This document shows, piece after piece, positions 57,346-64,000 of a stretch of 64,000 nt of DNA (positions are counted from its first letter, which is position 1; the number at the start of each line of letters is the position of its first letter). Below the pieces are notes generated by a model. It did no database searches, was not told where the DNA came from, and saw only the letters and a program-made list of their open reading frames with translations. Origin of the DNA: Methanomassiliicoccales archaeon (GTDB lineage Archaea; Thermoplasmatota; Thermoplasmata; Methanomassiliicoccales; UBA472); the NCBI GenBank assembly GCA_013415865.1, contig CP058896.1, positions 1,744,316 through 1,808,315 on the forward strand, in the 5' to 3' direction. Both the position numbers and the translations under genes were made by a program.

Positions 57346-57368
57346 GGGAATGCGAATCGGTGCGTCGG

Positions 57369-57455
57369 GCCGAGGTAACCAAGCCCGGTATGGTGGTAGT
57401 CTCGAAAACTACTGGGAACCCTCCCTCGGGAGTTCAAATCTCCCCCTCGGCGCCA
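57369..57455 (+). tRNA. tRNA-Ser (CGA)
   Basis: Hand-folded. Acceptor GCCGAGG/CCTCGGC; D arm ACCA-AGCCCGGTA-TGGT; anticodon stem GTAGT/ACTAC with loop CT-CGA-AA; long variable arm GGGA-ACCC-TCCC; T arm GGGAG-TTCAAAT-CTCCC; discriminator G; encoded CCA. Confidence 0.92.
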
Positions 57456-57457
57456 TC

Positions 57458-58030
57458 TCATCTCAGGTACTCGAAATAACCGGGCCCTAGGACCCTGTCC
57501 TGGACCCAGTTCGCAAAGCTCTCCGTCCTGGGATACAGGTCAGCAGGGAAATTGGCGGTCATGAAATCCTCGAACATTGAGTTAAGGTATCCGTCCTGTT
57601 CGGGGCTAAGGCGGTCCTCTATCCTGGGGAAGACTATATCTTCCTCCTTTCGGACATGGGCCTGCATATGGTCGGCCATCCTTCTGCCTTCCAGGCATAA
57701 TTTGTCATAATTTCTTGACGAGAAGGCCTCTCTCAGGGATGCGATCATCGTTCGTGCCTCCTCATGCTCTGCGACAAGTTCTTCAAGATCCTCTTTTTTC
57801 AGGGATCCGTTCTCCACGGCCACGGGGAACACGAACCTTTCCTCTTTCATGTGATGGAAACCGTCCATGAACCTATCGAGGAAGCCAACGATCTCCTCCA
57901 TCTCCTCGACATGCTTGTTCACGGTCCTCTGTTTAGAGGCCTCTCCCAGGACATCGACTACCTGTCTTATGAGTCCATGATCGTATTGGAGCAAGGTGAT
58001 GGAGATGCGCATGGTTGATTTTTTACGCAT
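57458..58030 (-). CDS. hemerythrin-like (HHE cation-binding) domain protein
   Basis: Repeated His/Glu motifs: DHGLIR, HHMKEERFVFP, EHEEAR and HVRKEEDIVFP. Confidence 0.8.
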   Translation of the reverse strand: MRKKSTMRISITLLQYDHGLIRQVVDVLGEASKQRTVNKHVEEMEEIVGFLDRFMDGFHHMKEERFVFPVAVENGSLKKEDLEELVAEHEEARTMIASLREAFSSRNYDKLCLEGRRMADHMQAHVRKEEDIVFPRIEDRLSPEQDGYLNSMFEDFMTANFPADLYPRTESFANWVQDRVLGPGYFEYLR

Positions 58031-58100
58031 CTTACAGGTCTTATTTTTTTCCTAGGTCCTATGACGTATGGGCCTCCCTGTCTAAGTCACGGACCTTCGT

Positions 58101-58895
58101 TCAATCGACCTCGAGGCTGCCTGACCGAAAACCATCGATGTCAAGGCATACGTATCGAAAACCCTGGTCCTTCATGCCTTTAGATATCTCCTCTCTAAAT
58201 GTCAATATCTTTCCAAGGTCCTCCAGAGGGACCTCGATCCTTGCAACATCGCCATGTGCCCTCACCCTCACCTGGTCCAGACCTAGGGAGTGGAGAACAT
58301 TTTCAGAGCGCTCGACCCTCTCCAGCAGTTCTCTCGTGATCCTCGTCCCATAGGGGATTCGGGATGCAAGGCAGGCCGAGCTTGGCCTGTTCCAATTCGT
58401 GAGACCGAGCGATCTCGCCGCGGCACGGACCTCTGATTTTGTCATCCCCGCTTCGGCCAAGGGGCTCCTGACACCTAGCTCGGTCAAGGCCAAGGACCCG
58501 CGCCTGGTCATATGCATGTCATCGACATTGCTGCCGTCTATCACGACCTGGACGCCCCTCATCCTGGCGTGGGAAATGATCTCGGTAAGGATGATCTTTT
58601 TACAGTGATAGCATCTCATGGGGCCGTTCGAGACATACTCTTCCATCGACAATTCAGATGTTTCGAGCTCTTCAAGCTTAGCACCGATCTGCGAGGCGAT
58701 GGACCTCGCCGCCTCAAGCTCCCTGGTTGAAAGAGATGGGGACCTGGCGAGATAGCCTATGGCCGAGCTTCCCAGCTCATCGAATGCCACCTTCAGGAGA
58801 AGGCTGCTGTCGGTACCACCTGAGAATGCGACGGCGACCTTGCCCATCTCTCTGATGTGCGCGCGTAGGTCGACGAGCTTATCTTCATATCCCAT
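58101..58895 (-). CDS. larE: PP-loop ATP-pyrophosphatase, LarE-type sulfur transferase
   Basis: VAVAFSGGTDSS PP-loop, CYHCKK and SSACLASRIPYG. Start inferred at MGYEDK; the ORF track extends to 58961. Confidence 0.75.
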   Translation of the reverse strand: MGYEDKLVDLRAHIREMGKVAVAFSGGTDSSLLLKVAFDELGSSAIGYLARSPSLSTRELEAARSIASQIGAKLEELETSELSMEEYVSNGPMRCYHCKKIILTEIISHARMRGVQVVIDGSNVDDMHMTRRGSLALTELGVRSPLAEAGMTKSEVRAAARSLGLTNWNRPSSACLASRIPYGTRITRELLERVERSENVLHSLGLDQVRVRAHGDVARIEVPLEDLGKILTFREEISKGMKDQGFRYVCLDIDGFRSGSLEVD

Positions 58896-58994
58896 ATGCA
58901 TCGGATGAACGACCTCGGCATAGATAACGGTAGCCCTGTTGTCATATGACAGGCTCAGCAACTCAAAAATATCCCCGACCCCAATGGCGTCCGC

Positions 58995-59759
58995 ATGAAC
59001 GCCCGTGACGTCCTGGAAAGGTTACAAAGAGGCGAGATCGACATCGACAGAGCGGAGAGATTGCTGAGGCTGGACTTCCTTGAGTCAATAGGAGGGCACA
59101 CCGTCTTCGACCATGCAAGGGAGATGCGCAGGGGGATACCAGAGATCATCTTCGGCGAGACGAAGTCACCAGAGGTCGTTGGCGAGATCGTGATGAGGGC
59201 CATCGGCGATAGGGATGTGATCCTCATATCCAGGGCGAGGAGGGAGCATTTCGAGGAGGTCGTCAGGCGTCTTGGTGAGGAGCATGTACGATATGATGAG
59301 AGGGCAAGGACGGTCATCATCAACAAACGGGCCGTGCAAAGACCGAGAGGGGTGATAGGAATCATGACGGCCGGCTCTTCTGATATTGCTGTGGCAGAAG
59401 AGGCGAAGACCGTCGCGGAGGCGATGGGCTGCAGGGTCATCACGGCGTACGATGTCGGGGTGGCCGCCCTCCATAGGCTGTTGGATCCTTTGAAAATGAT
59501 GATCGACGAAGGTGTGGACTGCATCATCGTGGTGGCAGGAATGGAGGGGGCGCTCGCGACGGTGGTCTCAGGTCTGGTGGACGTCCCTGTCATAGGCGTG
59601 CCCACATCGGTGGGCTACGGACATGGCGGAAGGGGCGAGGCTGCGCTGATGGGAATGTTGCAGACATGCTCCCCAGGTCTTGTCGTGGTCAATATAGACA
59701 ACGGCGTGGCCGCAGGGGCGACCGCCGCCCTCATAAGCATCAGGAGCAGAAGGGGATGA
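58995..59759 (+). CDS. larB: LarB-type (PurE-like) pyridinium-3,5-biscarboxylic acid mononucleotide synthase
   Basis: GIPEIIFG, PurE-like IGIMTAGSSD..VAGMEGALATVV..VIGVPTSVGYG. Confidence 0.8.
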   Translation: MNARDVLERLQRGEIDIDRAERLLRLDFLESIGGHTVFDHAREMRRGIPEIIFGETKSPEVVGEIVMRAIGDRDVILISRARREHFEEVVRRLGEEHVRYDERARTVIINKRAVQRPRGVIGIMTAGSSDIAVAEEAKTVAEAMGCRVITAYDVGVAALHRLLDPLKMMIDEGVDCIIVVAGMEGALATVVSGLVDVPVIGVPTSVGYGHGGRGEAALMGMLQTCSPGLVVVNIDNGVAAGATAALISIRSRRG

Positions 59760-59766
59760 GCCGTCC

Positions 59767-60711
59767 GTGAGCTCCTTTTCCATCAGGACGATGAGGCCGA
59801 CCGATATAGAGATGGCGAGGGAGCTGGCCAGGTCGGTATGGGGGGACCAGCTGTACAGGGACACCGGTGTCGCCCTCGATTATCCGGCCAGGGACAGAAG
59901 GGTGTACGAAGCATACCTGGACCTCGAACCTGAAGGGAATTTCGTGGCCGAGTCCGAGGGAAAGGTGGTCGCCGCGGCATATGCGCATTCATGGGGGTCG
60001 GTGGGCTGGGTGGGACCTCTGGAGGTGATGCCCTCACATCAGGGCAAAGGGATAGGAAGGGCATTGATGGAGCGGGCTTCATTTTACCTCGAGTCGTCCG
60101 GTTGCACGACGATGGGCGTCGAGACCATGGGGGACAGCGACAGGAACATCAGGTTCTACACGTCCCTTGGATATAGGTTGCATTCGCCGACCTTCGTATA
60201 TGAGAAGCAATTGGGCGAGAGGGACATCTTTCCGCATGGCGTCGAGGTCAAAACGTCGTTGTCAGAGATCGAAAGGGAAGGGCTAAGGGAGCTGTCCGAT
60301 GCGGTCTTCCCTGAGATGGACCTGTCAAAGGAGTTCAGGATAGCGACCGAGATGTCGATCGGCCGGGTCCTTCTGATAAAGGACAGCGACCATCGTGAGC
60401 GGATATTGGGGGCCGCGATCGTCCATGGGAGGACGGTCGAGGGGCTGACAAGCCATCTGCTCAGGGCCCTTATGGTGGACCCTTATCATGAGGAAAGAAG
60501 CTCGCTGTTCTCAAGGTTGATCATGAGCAGTGAGGTCGTTGCCAAGGGGATGGGGGCCAAGAAGCTTTTTTTCACATCCTCTGTTACATCAGCATCGATC
60601 TCTGTTCTGGCCAGCGAAGGATATAGGACCATCGCCAACAACGTTCGCATGCTCAAGAAAGGACCTTATTATGAGAGGGGGGACCTTCAGCTCCTGAGCT
60701 GGGCCGGCTAG
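59767..60711 (+). CDS. GNAT-family acetyltransferase with a C-terminal extension
   Basis: QGKGIGRALM acetyl-CoA loop and FYTSLGY; 314 aa. The start may be ATG 59791. Confidence 0.7.
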   Translation: MSSFSIRTMRPTDIEMARELARSVWGDQLYRDTGVALDYPARDRRVYEAYLDLEPEGNFVAESEGKVVAAAYAHSWGSVGWVGPLEVMPSHQGKGIGRALMERASFYLESSGCTTMGVETMGDSDRNIRFYTSLGYRLHSPTFVYEKQLGERDIFPHGVEVKTSLSEIEREGLRELSDAVFPEMDLSKEFRIATEMSIGRVLLIKDSDHRERILGAAIVHGRTVEGLTSHLLRALMVDPYHEERSSLFSRLIMSSEVVAKGMGAKKLFFTSSVTSASISVLASEGYRTIANNVRMLKKGPYYERGDLQLLSWAG

Positions 60712-60778
60712 GCGGCCATTACGATGACCCCTGGACAAACGGTAAATATTGAATGCTCGTAGGATAGGTCCGATAAGA

Positions 60779-62068
60779 ATGAGCTACAGGGTCGCCGACC
60801 AGGCTTTCAAGGACCTATTCGGTCCGTTAGAAGCAGGGGAGCTCACGGCCACGAACCCCTGCGTGCTCTGTAAAGGCTCCAAGAACCTCTGTGGAAAAGA
60901 AAGATGCTCCCTCATGGTCAAGTACTATGCCCATCAGAGGACGAGGCCGCTGATAGACTCCTTAGAGCTGTCAGGGAGCAGTCCACCTGGTGTCTTCGTC
61001 GGCAGATATGGTTATCCCAAGGTGGACGTCGGGCCGCTCGTCCCTCCCGACCTTGGCGACACGGGGTTCATGGACACGCCGGAGGAATGGGTCGGCCGCC
61101 CGATCGAGGACATAGTGGAATTCCGATTCCGCCTGGTGAGGGGCAAGTTCAAGGTCTCGGTCAAGGACTTTCAGAACGCCGGGAGGATGATGGACCTCAC
61201 AAGGGACCTTGCATTGTCCATCAATTCCGTCGACGTGGAGGCGAACTTCAGCAAGAGGCCCTCTGGAAAGATAGTATTGGACGATGAGATCCAGCCTTTC
61301 GGACCGAGCGCGGCCCTCAAGGACTTCGAGATATCCAACCCTAAGTATGACCATAAGGTTGAGAAAGCGTATTATGACACGGACCTCAGCGCGGTCGAGG
61401 CGGTGACATCGCTCTACAAGCAAGGCGTATTGATCTCAAAGCTGCAAAAGGCCTTCAGCGTAGGGGCCTTCGGCATAGAGAGGAACAGGAGGCTGGTCCC
61501 GACCCGTTGGAGCATCACCGCCGTCGACGACACGTTGGGTAAAGATCTATTGAAGACCACCAAGACCTTCCCGCAGATCTCGGAATGGAGGGTCTATGAC
61601 TGGGACCAGCTCGACAACAGATGGTCGGTCCTATTGATGCCGACCTCGTGGAGGTATGAGCTCATCGAGGCGTGGTACCCCAACACGGCATGGAACCCGC
61701 TCGGCAGACAGATAGAGGTCATCTCGTCGCACGAGTTCTATGATGGCAGGAGGGAGTATGCAGAGATCGGGGGCTGCTACTACGCGGCCAGGCTTGCGGT
61801 CAATGAACTTCTGATGAGGGAGAGGAGGACCGCGGGGGCAGTGATCTTCAGGGAGGCGCATCCCGGTTACATCATGCCCGTAGGGGTCTGGAACGTCAGA
61901 GAGAATGTGAGGAGGGCATTGATGCAGAGGCCATCGAACTATAATAGCCTGAACGAGGCGATGTTGCATATAGGCCGGCGCATGGACATACCGGTCAGAA
62001 GATGGCTCTCGGCCAGCGAGGTGCTAAAGGACTACCTGCGACAAAGGAGGATCGATGACTATTCTTGA
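60779..62068 (+). CDS. nreA: NreA-like (archaeal Nre family) putative DNA-repair protein
   Basis: N-terminal CVLCKGSKNLCGKERC; length about 430 aa. The extreme C-terminus QRRIDDYS resembles a degenerate PIP box. The family call is from memory of the Nre N-terminal and C-terminal domains. Confidence 0.55.
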   Translation: MSYRVADQAFKDLFGPLEAGELTATNPCVLCKGSKNLCGKERCSLMVKYYAHQRTRPLIDSLELSGSSPPGVFVGRYGYPKVDVGPLVPPDLGDTGFMDTPEEWVGRPIEDIVEFRFRLVRGKFKVSVKDFQNAGRMMDLTRDLALSINSVDVEANFSKRPSGKIVLDDEIQPFGPSAALKDFEISNPKYDHKVEKAYYDTDLSAVEAVTSLYKQGVLISKLQKAFSVGAFGIERNRRLVPTRWSITAVDDTLGKDLLKTTKTFPQISEWRVYDWDQLDNRWSVLLMPTSWRYELIEAWYPNTAWNPLGRQIEVISSHEFYDGRREYAEIGGCYYAARLAVNELLMRERRTAGAVIFREAHPGYIMPVGVWNVRENVRRALMQRPSNYNSLNEAMLHIGRRMDIPVRRWLSASEVLKDYLRQRRIDDYS

Positions 62069-62888
62069 CCTCGACCTTTTCTTTGACGATGGCGAGAGGA
62101 AAGGGCCGCCGTCCGTCAAGGTCTATGAGGCGAAGGCATCGACCGCCCTGTCGAAGAGCAGCCTGCCAGGACTGGATTTTTGTCTGAACCCCTATATCGG
62201 ATGCGAGCACGGGTGCATATACTGCTTCGCACCGGACGTCGTAAGGAGGCAAAGGGAGACATGGTCGAGCGAGGTGGGATACCGGTCGAACATCCCTGTG
62301 CTGTTGAACAGGGAGCTCAGGACAAAGAGGGGCACGATAGGCATAGGAACGGTAACCGACCCCTACCAGCCTCTTGAGAGGCTGTTGCTTCTGACAAGGA
62401 AGTGCCTGCTGGAGATAGCGAGGCACGACAACCCCATCTCCATCCTGACGAAGTCGGACCTTGTGCTGAGGGATATCGAACTTATCAGGTCCACCGCGAG
62501 GCCGGAGGTCGGGGTGACCATAACGACCATGGACGCGGACCTGGCATCGAGGATCGAACCGAAGGCGTCACCGCCTGTCGCCAGGGTTGAGACTTTGAGG
62601 AGATTGGCCGATTCCGGGATCGAATGCTATGCGATGGTCGGCCCTGTGCTCCCTTTCCTTGAGCAACAGGAGATAAGAGAACTTCTCGGAGCGATCGCGG
62701 CCACCGGGTGCAAGAGGGTCATGGCGGACAGGTTGAGGATGAGGCCGGGGCTTGAGATGGCCTTCCTGACGGCGAACATTGTCAGGAGCAAGGGCGTATT
62801 GAGCGACCCCTACAGGGCGGAGATGTCGGTCAGGCTTGTAAGGGACGAATGCACCAGAATGGGGATGAGGTTCGAGACAGCGTTCTAG
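62055..62888 (+). CDS. radical SAM protein, SplB / 'DNA repair photolyase'-like
   Basis: NPYIGCEHGCIYCFA (Cx3Cx2C). ATG 62055 overlaps the nreA-like end by 14 nt. Confidence 0.75.
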   Translation: MTILDLDLFFDDGERKGPPSVKVYEAKASTALSKSSLPGLDFCLNPYIGCEHGCIYCFAPDVVRRQRETWSSEVGYRSNIPVLLNRELRTKRGTIGIGTVTDPYQPLERLLLLTRKCLLEIARHDNPISILTKSDLVLRDIELIRSTARPEVGVTITTMDADLASRIEPKASPPVARVETLRRLADSGIECYAMVGPVLPFLEQQEIRELLGAIAATGCKRVMADRLRMRPGLEMAFLTANIVRSKGVLSDPYRAEMSVRLVRDECTRMGMRFETAF

Positions 62889-62891
62889 GTC

Positions 62892-64000
62892 TCACTCTGG
62901 AACGAACATTCCCAGGCCGAAATGCGATGCGTAACCTATGGCGAAGGGCCCCTGCACCTCTTTTTCGAACTCGATCCTGAACCCCATTCCATATCTTTCT
63001 TGTTCTCCCCTTCGGGACCTCTTGAACTCATACCATTTGACCTGTCGCGACCCTTTTCGAAGGAACGGAATCGGTTGTATCCTGACAGGCGCAGGGAGAC
63101 CGGCATTCTCACATTCTCGTTTCAGCTGTTCCGCTATCCATTCATCGAATGGTCCACGCCCCTTCCGGTAATAATGTGATGGAACAAAAGGGGTCGCACT
63201 CTGAAATGTTTTACAACTTTTAGAGACAGAGGTCCTGTTATGTGCCCCCCATTCTATCGGGACCAAGCTGATGTCCCCCCGACCTCCAGGCTGATATAGG
63301 GCTGTCAATCTGTCGAGGATGTTCATCTCGTCCTCAGTGAAAGGTTCTCTCGACATTATTAAAAGATGGTCCAGCAATAGGTCATCATCCATGTCCAATG
63401 GCAGTATGTAAACATGCCTGTGACCTGTTATAGGAGATCCATCGCTCTTTTTTCCACTGAATTTGTAAGAGATGGAATCTTCCCCGAACATGGCCTTATT
63501 AATGCCCATCAACCTCACATGGACCTGATTGGTGATTTCCAGGCTTTTTGTCATATTAGGTCTAAGGTCCGATTGAAGCTTATAGAGGACAGCATTGGCC
63601 CTTTCATATCTTTTTATTCCATGATTCGCAAGTCCATCCTCAGGGTCTGGGACTAAATAATTAATAAATGTTAACAAAGGAGGGCGAGCATCACCCCTTT
63701 TTATCATCAGGTCCGTACCATATGTGAGGTTTGTCAACCATCCGCTCGTTCCATCATATGGTTTAACACATGCGACCCTGGAATATCTAAAATTAGGATC
63801 AAGGGTTCCCATACAATCCACAGGTGCTGAGTTCCAGGTCATAACCTTATTTTCAACGAGGCTGGCCTCCACCCAGGATTCTGACCTGCCAAGATAGTTG
63901 AGGTTTTCAAGGAGCTCTGAAAGAACCTCACGTTGCGTCGAGTCTAATTCCGCTCTTTCCCAAATCATCACGCAAGCTTCACTGGGCTCGACCACAACAA
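62892..64000 (-). CDS. csb2: Csb2-like CRISPR-associated protein (type I-G/I-U Cas5-Cas6 fusion), N-terminus outside the window
   Basis: NYLGRSESWVEA, GHRHVYILPLDMDDDLLLDHLLI and the C-terminal Gly-rich RAMP loop ASHFGLGMFVP match my memory of the Csb2/GSU0054 family. The reading frame stays open to the window edge. Confidence 0.55.
   Translation of the reverse strand, partial: VVVEPSEACVMIWERAELDSTQREVLSELLENLNYLGRSESWVEASLVENKVMTWNSAPVDCMGTLDPNFRYSRVACVKPYDGTSGWLTNLTYGTDLMIKRGDARPPLLTFINYLVPDPEDGLANHGIKRYERANAVLYKLQSDLRPNMTKSLEITNQVHVRLMGINKAMFGEDSISYKFSGKKSDGSPITGHRHVYILPLDMDDDLLLDHLLIMSREPFTEDEMNILDRLTALYQPGGRGDISLVPIEWGAHNRTSVSKSCKTFQSATPFVPSHYYRKGRGPFDEWIAEQLKRECENAGLPAPVRIQPIPFLRKGSRQVKWYEFKRSRRGEQERYGMGFRIEFEKEVQGPFAIGYASHFGLGMFVPE

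Noticed and set aside
58955-59605. 216-codon ORF on the minus strand
   Set aside because: It is antisense to larB. It has Ser/Thr/Ala-rich low-information composition.

Overview
This is a densely packed archaeal chromosomal segment of about 60 genes, with many start/stop overlaps. The archaeal assignment rests on a thermosome, archaeal Toprim-type DnaG, bifunctional FBP aldolase/phosphatase, Trm1, an NreA-like protein, archaeal-type GluRS and AspRS, and an intron-containing tRNA. A corrinoid protein, a URO-D-family methyltransferase and a homocitrate-synthase-like gene give it a Thermoplasmatota or methanogen-like flavour, but I cannot assign taxonomy from sequence alone. Most of the content is housekeeping. 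It includes two cysteine desulfurases, pyrD/pyrK, a tRNA-Cys plus cysK-cysE-cysS block, dtxR-feoB, gltX, purA, sod, nadA, aspS, fbp-tpiA, cobQ and larB/larE. Two tRNAs were folded by hand: tRNA-Cys(GCA) with a 14-nt intron, and tRNA-Ser(CGA). No rRNA, CRISPR array, integrase or transposase was seen. The most unusual items are these: (1) a tightly coupled four-gene operon, Rieske / glutaredoxin-like / ferredoxin-thioredoxin-reductase-like (CPC..CPC..CWC) / Rieske, at 40.3-41.6 kb. (2) A translationally coupled corrinoid protein and URO-D-family methyltransferase pair that lacks the zinc-ligand cysteines of CoM methylases and has no MT1 partner, next to a Cys-rich ArsR-type regulator (31.2-33.6 kb). 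(3) A 0.95-kb extremely AT-rich ORF-free island upstream of a 1.3-kaa secreted repeat adhesin (21.6-26.5 kb). (4) A Csb2-like (type I-G/I-U Cas5-Cas6 fusion) gene cut by the window edge, with no adaptation genes or array on the visible side, abutting an overlapping NreA-like / SplB-like radical-SAM pair (60.8-64 kb). (5) A RusA resolvase plus an Hjc-like nuclease-fold ORF cluster (42.3-44.3 kb). (6) dnaG carrying a Glu/Arg-rich repeat insertion and coupled to a protease-less LonB-like AAA+ ATPase. All functional calls come from motif recognition by eye. No database search was run.
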